Of a stretch of DNA of 64,000 nt, positions 10,741-21,700 are shown one piece after another. A program made the translations under genes and the position numbers. Numbering within the stretch: position 1 is the stretch's first letter; the number at the start of each line of letters is the position of its first letter. The notes beneath the pieces were generated by a model, which was given only the letters and a program-made list of their open reading frames with translations, was not told the DNA's origin and did not search any database. The stretch is taken from the NCBI GenBank assembly GCA_963695545.1, contig OY968796.1:2624001-2688000 (forward strand), in the 5' to 3' direction. The DNA is from Terriglobia bacterium. GTDB lineage: Bacteria > Acidobacteriota > Terriglobia > Acidiferrales > UBA7541.

Positions 10741-12987
10741 TCACGGCGCCGTCTTCCACGCGGCAAGTTGGGTTTTCACCCACAGCGCGTCTTTTTCAGC
10801 GTGGCAAAGCAGGCAGGCGTTCGGGCTGTCGGATTGTCCGAAGCGGAGCGTCATATCGGCGTCGGGGATGTCGTCGATTTGGTGCGTGCGCGCACGAAAC
10901 GCCAGCGCGTCCATGATGCGCGGCATGTGACACGAAACACACTGGCTGCCCTCCGATTCCGGCGTGTGGTGTGTGTGTGCCTGAGCGACCGCCAAGTTCT
11001 GGAATTGCGTATGGCATCCAGTGCACATTTTATCCGGCTCGTTTGGGAATTTCAGTGACGTAAGATTTGACGACTCGTCGTGAGCATGTGGATCGTGGCA
11101 CGTGCCGCAGGTCACGCCGCCCTTTCGGAAGCACTGTGTCCGCTCGAGAGCCTCTACCATGAACGTCGTCTGGCGAAAGCGGCCGTCCCTGAAGAAAGCC
11201 TTGCGCGAAAATTCAAGGTAGGGAGTACGCTCGTAAGTCAGGAAAAAATTCCCTGTGCGCGAATAACTCATCTCTCCCTCTGGCCCGAATTCGCGAATTG
11301 CGGATTGCATGTGGCACTGCGCACAGACGGCCACGAACTGCCTGTTACTGATCTGGCCGAATTGAATCGGCGGATCGTACGGGCCCTTGTCGTAAGCAAT
11401 GCCGTCCTCCATTGCGGCGACGTGCCGCGCCGATGGACCGTGGCACATTTCGCAATTGATTCCCGGTTCCCGATAAACGATGCTCGCCGCATCAAGCGCG
11501 CCCGGTTTCGTATTGCGCACCTGGCTCGTATGGCACACGGCGCAGTTCGTCATGTAGTTCGTCGAGTTGTCGAGCGCTTCCCAAGTCCGGGGATCACTGC
11601 GTTCGCTGCCGGGGTCGTCGATCACTTTCCAATAGTTGAGCCACTGTTTGTAGATCACGTTGTACTGCACGGGAAGAACATGGATTTCGCCGTTCGGCAA
11701 TTTTGTAGCGTAGCCCTGTTGCCATTTCGATCCGATGGTGTAGTCGACCGGATATGTACGCCAAGTGCCGTCCGCTTGACGCATCTCGAAATAATGGCGG
11801 CCGTTGCGAAGCACCATGCGCGCAAACGGCGTGCGGTCGTCGCCGCGAACAATTTTGAGCGTGCCATCGAGATAAACCGGATCGTCGCCTAAAAAAAAAG
11901 TGTTGTTCTTCGTGAAATCACCGATCACATTCTGCGGCGCGTACGGCCGGAACATTCTTTCCATCCCGCTTGCGAGCCACTGCCGATAAATCCCGGCGTG
12001 GCAGGTCTGGCAGGAATCCGATCCGGCGTAGTCGAAAAGCGGCTGGCTGGGCGCGCTCACGGGGGCCGGCTGCGGCTCGGGCTGCGAATTCTGCTGGGCT
12101 TCGGCTCGCGCGAGAAATGCATCGAAATCCGCACCGGGCTGGAGCGCGCTGTAGATTTGGCGCAATTGTTGGAGCGCTTGCGGAGCAAGATTTCCGCCGC
12201 CTCGGTAAACCTTCGCGAGATCTCCTGCGGCTTGCATCGTTTCTCCCGCCGCGGCTTCGGCCAAGCCGAGTGTGTAGACGATTTCGGAATCCGCAGGATC
12301 CAGTCCTTTGGCTCGAGAGAGCGCCGCCTCCGATTCCTTGAGAAGTTCGGAACGCGCCGCACCAGCGGGCGCGTCAAGGCCTTCGGCCAGTTGCGCGCGT
12401 CCCATCGCGAAATTGGCCGAGGCTTGCAATTTGTGTTTGGCGTCGGGCCAGTCCGCCGTAGAAATCGAGGCGGGCCGCGCGAAGAGATCGAGATACTCAA
12501 GAGCGTCGCGCGCAGTTTCGATCGCTGCGTCGTTTTGTTGTTGATACGCTTGAACGTCCGCCATGGCCACAAGGAACATCGGATTTTCAGGCAACAATCG
12601 CAGCGATTGCTTTGCGTAGGCTAAACCATTTGTGTAGTCGCCGAGATCGAAGCTGGCGCGCGCGGCCGCCTCGTACGCTTTCGTCAAGTATGCCGACCGG
12701 GGGAAATTTTCGAGAAACGCTTTTGCGGAAGCCAGGAGTTCCTGAGGACTGGCGTTCTTGCTCAGCGCTTCAAACGCCGCGCGCTCGGCCGGATCGGAGA
12801 TCTGCCCGGCAATGGTAAACGCCTTGCGGTCCTTTGCCGTGACGACGGCGTCGATCACTTGGCTCGCGCAGTTCGCCGCGGCCGCCGAAATCAGGAGCAG
12901 CGCCAACGCAAGGTAACGCGCGCGCGGCAATCGCTGGCGCAAAACGGGCGGCGCCACGCGCGAGAATAAAATTGGGCTTCTCGTCAT
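10741..12987 (-). CDS. Exported TPR + multiheme cytochrome c protein (8 CxxCH)
   Basis: Signal-like N-terminus, TPR-like helices, then CQTCH, CAVCH, CEMCH, CAQCH, CGTCH, CTGCH, CVSCH and CLLCH. Confidence 0.88.
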   Translation of the reverse strand: MTRSPILFSRVAPPVLRQRLPRARYLALALLLISAAAANCASQVIDAVVTAKDRKAFTIAGQISDPAERAAFEALSKNASPQELLASAKAFLENFPRSAYLTKAYEAAARASFDLGDYTNGLAYAKQSLRLLPENPMFLVAMADVQAYQQQNDAAIETARDALEYLDLFARPASISTADWPDAKHKLQASANFAMGRAQLAEGLDAPAGAARSELLKESEAALSRAKGLDPADSEIVYTLGLAEAAAGETMQAAGDLAKVYRGGGNLAPQALQQLRQIYSALQPGADFDAFLARAEAQQNSQPEPQPAPVSAPSQPLFDYAGSDSCQTCHAGIYRQWLASGMERMFRPYAPQNVIGDFTKNNTFFLGDDPVYLDGTLKIVRGDDRTPFARMVLRNGRHYFEMRQADGTWRTYPVDYTIGSKWQQGYATKLPNGEIHVLPVQYNVIYKQWLNYWKVIDDPGSERSDPRTWEALDNSTNYMTNCAVCHTSQVRNTKPGALDAASIVYREPGINCEMCHGPSARHVAAMEDGIAYDKGPYDPPIQFGQISNRQFVAVCAQCHMQSAIREFGPEGEMSYSRTGNFFLTYERTPYLEFSRKAFFRDGRFRQTTFMVEALERTQCFRKGGVTCGTCHDPHAHDESSNLTSLKFPNEPDKMCTGCHTQFQNLAVAQAHTHHTPESEGSQCVSCHMPRIMDALAFRARTHQIDDIPDADMTLRFGQSDSPNACLLCHAEKDALWVKTQLAAWKTAP

Positions 12988-13373
12988 CGTCTGCGGATCG
13001 AGCCCGGAATATAGTCCCCGGTAGTCCGCGCTTGCAACTTGAAAGCGCGCAATGAAGAATGCGTGCGTTCATTTCGCGAGTCAAAGTTGCGCGCTCGCGC
13101 GAGAAGAATGCCTTAGATGAGCAGCTGGAAACGCTCGTCGGCGTCACGCGGAAAAATAATACTGTGAGAAACGGGCGCACGGAGTTGACGCCTCGCGCGA
13201 GTGCCTGCAATATCTGGCCTCGGAGGCGACCGGGTACTCGGGATTTGCCCGCGGGTTAGTGCGCAGTTTGGCGAGCTTCCTATTTGAGCGATGCGGCATG
13301 CGTGCCACGCCGCTCGGAGCCGCGGAACCCATACGCCATCGAAACCGTGCCACGCCTTTCAAACATTTCTCGC

Positions 13374-15137
13374 GTGAGGCTGTCTCTTCTACTCACCGCT
13401 CTCTGTGCCGGGACGCTTTGCACATTTGCTCAGACGGCGCCGCCGAAAGACCGCACGCAGACAGCGAAACCTGGGGCGGTTCATTTCGAGGACATCGCGG
13501 GTCGCGCCGGAGTCACAACGCTCAACGTTTATGGCGGGGACAAGAAGAAGGCATTCATCATCGAGACGACGGGCAACGGCGCGGTCATCTTCGATTACGA
13601 CAACGATGGTTATCCGGATATTTTTCTGCCGAACGGTTCGACTGTCGAGGGATTCCCGGCGGGACAGGAACCCACGAGCCACCTTTACCACAACAATCAC
13701 GACGGCACGTTCACCGACGTAACCGCCAAAGCGGGCCTTGCGCGTCCGGGTTGGGCGCAGGGCGCGTGCGTGGGCGATTACGACAACGATGGATACCTCG
13801 ATTTGGCGGTCACCTACTGGGGACAAACAGTTCTGTATCACAACAACGGTGATGGGACTTTTACCGACGTGACGGAGAAGGCTGGCCTAAAAACGCCGCG
13901 CGATGAATGGAGCACGGGTTGCAGCTTCGTCGACTACGACCGCGACGGCAAGGTGGATCTCTTCATTTCGCGCTACGTGGATTTCAGTTATGACTCGGTG
14001 CCGCGCCCGGGCCAGGGCGAATGGTGCAAATGGAAGGGGCTGGACGTGATGTGCGGCCCGCGCGGCCTCAAAACGGGGGTCAACGCGCTCTATCATAATA
14101 ACGGCGATGGCACGTTCACCGACGTGTCCGAAAAATCCGGGATCACGGCGGCGCCGGGCTGCTATGGCTTTACTTCGCTCACGGCGGATTACGATCTCAG
14201 TGGATGGCCCGATATTTATGTTGCGTGTGATTCTACGGCGAATTTGCTTTACCGCAACAATCACGACGGCACGTTCACAGAAATCGCGAACCAGGCAGGG
14301 GTGGCATATAACGAAGATGGATCGATGCAAGCGGGAATGGGTCTGTCGGCTGCCGATTACACGCACGACGGTCTTCAGGACATCGTGAAGACGAACTTCA
14401 GCGACGATTCACCCACTTTGTACCTCAATCGCGGAGACATGAATTTCGACGACGTCACTTTTACATCGGGATTGGGAAAAATCCGGAACTGGCTCGGCTG
14501 GGGAGTGCAATTCTACGATTTCGATAACAGCGGCTGGCCGGGAATCCTGATCGTCAACGGCCACGTTTATCCCGAAGTTGACGGCCAGGGATTGGGAACA
14601 AGCTACCGCGAGCCGCGGGTTCTGTATCGCAATCTGCGCGACGGAACGTTTGCCAACATCACTGCCGAAGCGGGGCCGGTGCTCAGCGAAATGCACTCGG
14701 GCCGTGGACTTGCGCTGGGAGATTTATTCAACGATGGGCACGAAGAGGCGCTGGTGAACAATATGAACGAGGCGCCTTCGCTCTATTTCAACACAGCGCC
14801 GGAGGGAAATTTTATCAGTCTGCAGCTTGTGGGAGTGAAATCGAATCGCGCGGCGATCGGCGCGGTGGTGACGCTTGAATCCGGGAAGGATCGTTACGCG
14901 GAAGAAGTTCGCAGCGGCGGCGGATTCATTTCGCAAAGCGACCTGCGACTCCATTTCGGTTTGGGCAAGGCCGCGTCAGCGGAGAAAATTGTGATTCGGT
15001 GGCCCAGCGGCCTGGTCGAGACGCTGCAAAATCTGCCTGCGAATCACTATTACGTGGTGCGCGAGGGAAGCGGGATCGATGCGAGCATGACGCACGGCGT
15101 CCGAAGCACTCCGGCCTACATCGCCGCACCCAAATGA
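13374..15137 (+). CDS. CRTAC1-family FG-GAP/VCBS repeat protein with C-terminal ASPIC/UnbV domain
   Basis: Repeated DYDNDG..D and LYHNNGDGTFTDV; SNRAAIGA...SQSDLRLHFGLG...IRWPSG; start uncertain (13284 or GTG 13374). Confidence 0.9.
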   Translation: MRLSLLLTALCAGTLCTFAQTAPPKDRTQTAKPGAVHFEDIAGRAGVTTLNVYGGDKKKAFIIETTGNGAVIFDYDNDGYPDIFLPNGSTVEGFPAGQEPTSHLYHNNHDGTFTDVTAKAGLARPGWAQGACVGDYDNDGYLDLAVTYWGQTVLYHNNGDGTFTDVTEKAGLKTPRDEWSTGCSFVDYDRDGKVDLFISRYVDFSYDSVPRPGQGEWCKWKGLDVMCGPRGLKTGVNALYHNNGDGTFTDVSEKSGITAAPGCYGFTSLTADYDLSGWPDIYVACDSTANLLYRNNHDGTFTEIANQAGVAYNEDGSMQAGMGLSAADYTHDGLQDIVKTNFSDDSPTLYLNRGDMNFDDVTFTSGLGKIRNWLGWGVQFYDFDNSGWPGILIVNGHVYPEVDGQGLGTSYREPRVLYRNLRDGTFANITAEAGPVLSEMHSGRGLALGDLFNDGHEEALVNNMNEAPSLYFNTAPEGNFISLQLVGVKSNRAAIGAVVTLESGKDRYAEEVRSGGGFISQSDLRLHFGLGKAASAEKIVIRWPSGLVETLQNLPANHYYVVREGSGIDASMTHGVRSTPAYIAAPK

Positions 15138-16942
15138 ATCGCGCATCCCGCCGCCCGCGGTGGCTTCCGTTCGCGATGTGCGTGACACTTTTCGGCGCGC
15201 TCGCGTCTCTCGCTGCCGCGTCGGGACAAGTCGACCAACGTTCCACGCCAGCCAAGGCGCGATCCGCCGCGGGCCCGGCCGGGCCTGCCGCTGCGGGTTT
15301 CGTCGGCTCGGATGTGTGCGCGCGATGTCACCGCGGCATTTTCAATTCTTACTCGCAGACGGATATGGGGCGCTCGATGACCACGGTTGACGCGACCTTT
15401 CTCGCGAAGTTCCAGACGACAGCATCGATTTTCAACGCGCGCCAGAACCGACATTTCGAGGTATTCGCGCGAGATGGCAAGCTCTATCAAAGCGAATACG
15501 CTGTTGGCACGGACGGCAAAGACGTTTTCCGCAACACGCAGCAAATCGAGTACCTCATCGGCGCCGGCGAAAACGGAGTGGGCGGGATCGTGCGCGAGGG
15601 CGATTATTTGTACGAGGCTCCGCTCACCTACTACGCGAAGATCCACGGATGGGATTTGTCGCCGGGCTATGAATACGGGGACTACGGTTTCAACCGGCCC
15701 ATTCTTCCCGGATGCGTGGACTGCCACAGCGGGCGCCCTCAAACCATACTCGACGGTAACGGCCGGTTCGGGCGGCCGCCTTTTTACGAATTGGCGGTGG
15801 GCTGCGAGAAGTGTCACGGGCCAGGAAAAGCCCATGTAGAGGAACAGGAAGGCGTCTCCACCGCCAGCGGTGCAATGGTGAATCCGTCGAAGCTTTCGCC
15901 GTGGCTGGCGGACAACGTTTGCATGGCGTGTCATCAAACCGGAGACGCGCGCGTGCTGCAACCCGGGAAAAACTATAGTGATATCCGGCCCGGCGATCCG
16001 TTGGACACTACGCTCAGTATCTTCATGGTTCCGTTCGACCGCTCTTCTCCGCCGCAGGATGATTTGCTCGAACACTATCTTTCGATGCGGTTGAGCAAGT
16101 GCTATCGAAATAGCGGCGGCCGCATGAGCTGCATCACGTGTCACGATCCGCACGTGCAGCCCACGAAGGAGGAGGCGCCCGCGTATTACAAGACCACATG
16201 TCTCACGTGCCACACGCTCAAAAGCTGCACGGCTGCGCCCGAGGTTCGTCAGGCCACTATTCCGCCGGACAACTGTATTGGCTGCCACATGCCGAAGCGG
16301 AACCTCCAGGTGATCTCGCACTCCGCGCTCACAAATCACCGCATTGTTGCGACGCTCGATGAGCCGTTCCCGGACGCCGCGTTTCAGATGACTTCTTCCG
16401 CGCTGCCTGATTTGGTTCAATTGAGCGCCGCGCCCGGTAGCGATGCCGCGCCGCCACCGCTCGTCCTACTTGATGCCTACCGCCAAGTCATGACGAAGCA
16501 GCCCGAGTACAGAGCGCGGTACTGGGCTATCGCGAAGCAGTTGGAAAGCACGCAGCCCACGAACATTAGCGTCCTCGAAGCCCTGGCCGATTCAGCCATG
16601 CACGACGGCGGCGACGCGGGGAGTGCCGCGGCGATTCGGGATCTCGATCTCGCGCGAAGCCTCGGCAGCAAAGTTCCCGCCGACTACGAACAACTTGCCG
16701 CGCTACTGATCGCGACGGGCCAAAGGCCGGAGGCCGTCAAAGTTCTTCGGCAAGGAATCAGTGTAATTCCGGGCGACAATCAATTGTATCGAATGCTGGC
16801 AAGCACCTATTCGTACTTGGCCGATAGGCGAGACGCTTGCGAATTGCTTGGCACCGCGATCGAGCGCTTCCCTCAAGACGACGACTTCCGCGCCCAGCTG
16901 AGCCACTGTGAAGATAATCGGGCCGCGCCGCCCAAGCAGTGA
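15134..16942 (+). CDS. Exported multiheme cytochrome c (7 CxxCH) + TPR protein
   Basis: ATGA overlap with upstream stop; CARCH, CVDCH, CEKCH, CMACH, CITCH, CLTCH and CIGCH; helical TPR-like C-terminus. Confidence 0.88.
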   Translation: MNRASRRPRWLPFAMCVTLFGALASLAAASGQVDQRSTPAKARSAAGPAGPAAAGFVGSDVCARCHRGIFNSYSQTDMGRSMTTVDATFLAKFQTTASIFNARQNRHFEVFARDGKLYQSEYAVGTDGKDVFRNTQQIEYLIGAGENGVGGIVREGDYLYEAPLTYYAKIHGWDLSPGYEYGDYGFNRPILPGCVDCHSGRPQTILDGNGRFGRPPFYELAVGCEKCHGPGKAHVEEQEGVSTASGAMVNPSKLSPWLADNVCMACHQTGDARVLQPGKNYSDIRPGDPLDTTLSIFMVPFDRSSPPQDDLLEHYLSMRLSKCYRNSGGRMSCITCHDPHVQPTKEEAPAYYKTTCLTCHTLKSCTAAPEVRQATIPPDNCIGCHMPKRNLQVISHSALTNHRIVATLDEPFPDAAFQMTSSALPDLVQLSAAPGSDAAPPPLVLLDAYRQVMTKQPEYRARYWAIAKQLESTQPTNISVLEALADSAMHDGGDAGSAAAIRDLDLARSLGSKVPADYEQLAALLIATGQRPEAVKVLRQGISVIPGDNQLYRMLASTYSYLADRRDACELLGTAIERFPQDDDFRAQLSHCEDNRAAPPKQ

Positions 16943-16986
16943 CGCTCGCGCCGAAAAGGCGCCAGAGCATAGATCAACCGGAGTTC

Positions 16987-18003
16987 TCAGCGTTTTGTCG
17001 AAGTGCGTACGATGAGCTTTGCCGGCAGCAGCACGGTTTTGGGCGCCGCGCCGGACTTCTTCTTGTTCTTGATGATCGTCAGAGCCAATTTCGCCGCGCT
17101 CGCGCCGAGCCCTTCGCTGTCTTGATCCACGCTGCTCAGCGGCACGCGGAGCATGTCGTCATAATGCAGATTGCCGCACCCGACGATTGCGATTTCTTCC
17201 GGGATCTTCAGGTCAGCTCCCAGGATCGCTCTCATCGCTCCAATCGCGATCGGATCGTTGAAGCAAAACACTCCGTCCGGCCGCGGAGTCAGGCGCAGAA
17301 GCTTCTTCATACTGTCGTAACCTATGGCATCGCCGGAGACGTCTCCTCGTCCCTGCTTAAGGATGTAGTCCATCGGCAGACTAAGCCGGTGCTTTGCCAT
17401 GGTCATCGAATAGCCCACTTCGCGGTCATGCGCGGTGCTCACTTCTCGTCCGCCGATATGCGCGATGGTTTTGCATCCGATCTCGATTAAGTGCGTCGTG
17501 GCAATCTTTCCGGCCATCACGTCGTCAATGCCGACAAAATTTGCCGTGAAGCCCGGGACTTTGCGATCAAGAAGCACGAAGGGAATGCCATCTTCCCTGA
17601 GCCTCTGGATACTGCCGAGATCCGATTGAACCGTCGCCAGGATCAAGGCATCCACGCGGCGCGCCATCATTTGATCGATCTCGCGCTTCTCCAGAGCAGG
17701 ATTCTCCTCCGAGGACGAAATCATCAGACTATATCCCTGCCCGCTCAATTTTGTGGAAAGGCCTTGAGCAACTTGTGCGAAAAATGGATGAACTAGGTCG
17801 GGAACGATCAGCCCGATCAAATCGGTGCGGCCGGTCGCCAGCGCTCGGGCCGCCAGATTCGGCTGGTAATTCAGTTCTTTCGCGCGCTGCAAAACACGCT
17901 TGCGCGTGGCCGGGCTGATATCGGGGTGATTCCGCAAAACCTTCGATACCGTGACCACGGAAAGTGCCAGGTCACGGGCGATGTCCTTCATAGTGGTTGG
18001 CAT
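16987..18003 (-). CDS. LacI-family transcriptional regulator
   Basis: TMKDIARDLALSVVTVSKVL HTH, YQPNLAARAL hinge, periplasmic-binding-like core (FCFND, LIVRTST). Confidence 0.95.
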   Translation of the reverse strand: MPTTMKDIARDLALSVVTVSKVLRNHPDISPATRKRVLQRAKELNYQPNLAARALATGRTDLIGLIVPDLVHPFFAQVAQGLSTKLSGQGYSLMISSSEENPALEKREIDQMMARRVDALILATVQSDLGSIQRLREDGIPFVLLDRKVPGFTANFVGIDDVMAGKIATTHLIEIGCKTIAHIGGREVSTAHDREVGYSMTMAKHRLSLPMDYILKQGRGDVSGDAIGYDSMKKLLRLTPRPDGVFCFNDPIAIGAMRAILGADLKIPEEIAIVGCGNLHYDDMLRVPLSSVDQDSEGLGASAAKLALTIIKNKKKSGAAPKTVLLPAKLIVRTSTKR

Positions 18004-18516
18004 GGTGTCGTCGTTACGAACGTCGCGACCGAAATGCGTTTCAGCGGACCCCCAAAACCTCCGTTTGATCGGCGACTCAGCGCTGAGCCGCCGGAATCTT
18101 GACCGGACCGAACGCCGCGGCCCGGCGAGTCATCTTTGTGAGACGTGAGAAGCGAATGCCTTCTTATAGTGCACGGTTCCGAACGGCGCAAGAGTTACTG
18201 CGGTTCGCGTGCGGTTCTTTTCGCCTCTCGAAATTGCGAATCGCTTGGTATTCCGACAAGCCGTTTCCCTAATGAAGTTGATATCGGCGCTCGGCCGAAC
18301 CTGGAGTAGCGCCTCAACCGGCGCCGTCAAGGTCGTCAGCTCTCGCGGAGTGAATGGAGCCGCTGCGCTCGACGTGCTGCACATGTCGAATTCTCCAGCC
18401 GATCCCACGGATTCGTCGCGCGGGCGCTTCGCGGTTTGCGCTTTTTAGGGGCGGGCATAACGCGTGTTTCATTATGTGAAATTGTCGTTTCCAATTGAAA
18501 ATTTTGAATATTTGTG

Positions 18517-18545
18517 TTGACACGAATTATGTCTGGTGTTAAAAA
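18517..18545 (+). promoter_or_regulatory. Sigma70-like promoter for TonB-dependent receptor
   Basis: TTGACA-17bp-TAAAAA with extended TG and an AT-rich upstream region; LacI-like TAAGCGCTT near 18633. Confidence 0.45.
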
Positions 18546-18724
18546 CGCCGCCATAGTATGAAGCTACTAGCAGGTGCGCTTTCCCAACGCTCTTTATATA
18601 CGTTAACTGCAACGTGTAAGGCAAGCGTTGACTAAGCGCTTTTTTAAAGCTCGACGAAGAGCTAGGGCTCCGGGGTTGTGCCGTAAAAATCTAATTTTGA
18701 GCTGGTGCAAAAGGGGGAACTACC

Positions 18725-21700
18725 ATGTCCTGTAGCTTCTCGCTGCGCGCATGCACGCGAACGACTCTGACTGTTTTGCTGGTGTTCGGATCGCTCGCGT
18801 TCGTACTGGGGCCACGACCGGCCCTGGCCCAGGTTTCGACTGCAACCATCGCTGGAACCGTTAAGGATACTTCAGGCGCCGTGGTGCCGGACGCGGCGGT
18901 CGATCTGACTAACGTGGCCACGAGCGTCGAACAATCTACGACCACGAATGACACCGGCGAATATGTGCTCGTAAAAATCGTACCTGGCAGCTACACACTG
19001 CGGATAAGCAAGACGGGTTTCGAGTCTGAACTAAGCCCACAGTTGGATCTGCAGGTCAACCAGTCACTCACGCTCGACTTCACTCTCAAAGTGGGGGCCT
19101 CCGCCGAAGTTGTTACCGTACAAGGCCAGGCCACCGGCCTCCAGACGGCCAGCGCCGAACTCGGGACAGTGATCAGCAAACAGGCGGTGGATAGCCTGCC
19201 CCTGAACGGCAGAAACTTCACGCAGTTGCTTGACCTGACTCCCGGCGTCAGCACCGTGAACGTATCGCAAAATTCCGGAAATCAACAGTTCGACGGAAAT
19301 CCAGTCGGCCAATTTTCATTTCCCGCCATCAACGGACAGACCAACCGCAGCAACCTCTTCTTGCTCGACGGCCTAAACGACCAGGAGAGCTTTGAAAGCA
19401 CCTATTCCGTTCCTCCGATTATTGACACCATTCAGGAATTCAAGGTCGATACGCACAACGATCAGGCGGCTTTCGGTGGAGTGCTGGGCGGCGTGGTCAA
19501 CGTCGTCACCAAATCGGGCGGCAACGCCTTCCACGGGGAAGGCTGGGAATTTCTCCGCAATAGTTTTTTTGACGCCAAGAGCCCGCTGGCGACCACCAAC
19601 GTGCTGCACCAAAATCAGTTTGGAGGCAGCGTCGGCGGACCGGTGATCCTTCCGAAATACAACGGGCGCAACAAGACGTTCTTCTATGCTGCCTATGAAG
19701 GCGCGCGCATCCATCCTCTCAACACGGCTACTGACGAGATTCCCACCAGCGCGGAGTTGAACAATTACAATTTCAATTCTGAGGAAAGTACGATTCAAAT
19801 CTACAACCCGTGGAGTACGGCCGCCAGTGGCGCGCGAACACCGTTCGAGTGCGTGGGCGGCGTGCCGGTGAACCCGGCGGCCAACGGCACACAATCGGCG
19901 GCGGGCCAAACGCCGTGCAACATCCTGCCCTCGATCGCCACGAACCCCACGGCGTGCGCGCAGACTGTCAGCACCGGACCGAACGTTCCGGGCTGCGTCG
20001 ATGCGAACATGGTCAAGGTGACCTCGGCGATGTATGGCGGATTGCTGACGTCGTCAGGGGCAACGGTTGCTGGGTGCAATGCGTCGGTCCCCAAAGTCGA
20101 CAACTTCTGCCCAAGCCCACTGACAGTTCAAGACCCCAACTCATTCACCGCACGTATTGACGAACAGCTGGGCGAAAAGGATGCGATTTGGATCCGCTAC
20201 AGCTACACAAACATTCCTCGCAACGTCCAGGGGCCGTTCTACGCGAACCTGCAGGAAGCTAACCTCAACAGCTACGACGCGAAACAGTTGGGGGCTAGCT
20301 GGCAACACACGTTTGGAGCCTCGTCCGTCCTCACCATGCAGTTCGGACGAAACTATGCGTTCTCCAAGCAGCCCACGCTGCTTCCTCAGTCGGAAGCCAC
20401 GGCTCTGAACGCGGACGGCGCTTACGTTCCCAGCTGGGATTGTGCGTTCGTCGGAGGCGGGCGGCCCTGCTACTTCAATAGCGTTGACACCTCAACCTAT
20501 ACGTCTTTCCAGGAAGGTGAGGCACCTGCTCTTCTCTCCAATATTTGGGAAGGAAGGTCGGACTTCAGCTTCACTCACGGTCGGCACACGTTCAGCATGG
20601 GAGTAGACATCAATACGAATGGTTTCCAGCAGACGTTCAACGCAGCCGACGAAACCGAAGCTCCCCAGCAAACCGCGAGTTCGAGCGCGGGCGGCGCTGG
20701 CGGAGACGCCTTCGCGTCGCTGCTCCTCGGTATTCCCAGCGGCACGACCTACCGAAATGAATATGAGACGGAAAATGACGGCTGGGAATACGGACTTTAC
20801 TTCATGGATCAGTGGCGACCCACGGACAAACTCACGCTAAACCTGGGTGCGCGCTACGATGTGAGCACGGTTCCCAAGTACGGCGGCCTGCATGCTAACT
20901 CGCCAGTCGGGGACATGGACGCCGACAATGGAACCTACATAATTCAGAGCGCGGCACCCAATTGCGGGTCGACCGGCGGCGCAGCTCCTTGCATCCCTCA
21001 AAACCCGCCCGCTTGCACCTACACCTCCGCCTCACTGCAACCCAGCAACCTGCCGTGTCTTCCAGCGGGTCTAACTTCCTCCGCGGGATTGATCCCAAAT
21101 TTCGTGGATATTTCGAACGACGGGTATTTCTGGCATACCCAGTACGACAACATCCAACCCCGGATTGGGCTGGCTTATCGCATCGGGGATAAGACGGTCA
21201 TTCGCGCTTCTGTGGGCCGGTTCTTCGACAATTGGGCGTCCGTCCTCCAAACGGCGCAGAACCAACAAGGCGGCTGGCCGCAGGAGGGTCAGTTCATCAC
21301 CTCTACCAACCAGGGCGCGGCGCCTCCCAACGTTTTCGTCGAGAACCCGCTTCTCGGTGCGAACAGTTCGCCCGCGGCCGTCCCTTTTGCTCAGAACAAC
21401 TGGTATGTTGACCCGAACTTGAAGAACCCAGAGTCCTGGCAATGGAACTTCGGCATTCAGCAGGCCGTGACTTCGTCCACCACGCTCACCGTCAACTACG
21501 TCGGGTCGCATGATGTCCGGCTTGACGTCGGAACAGTCGGCAACGAGGGTCTCACGCCGGATGCCACCGGCGTGGGCATCGCCGCGACTTGCTATTACGA
21601 AGCTCCGACAACAGCCGGGTCTTGCGATCCGCAAGTTGTCCAGGCGCAGGGCACCTACGCATACCCGTACCTACAAACGTTCCATTACGACAAAAGCATC

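Noticed and set aside
18004..18470. Small ORFs in the long lacI-TBDR intergenic region
   Set aside because: No RBS, motif or convincing composition; several overlapping short frames are typical of GC-rich noise.
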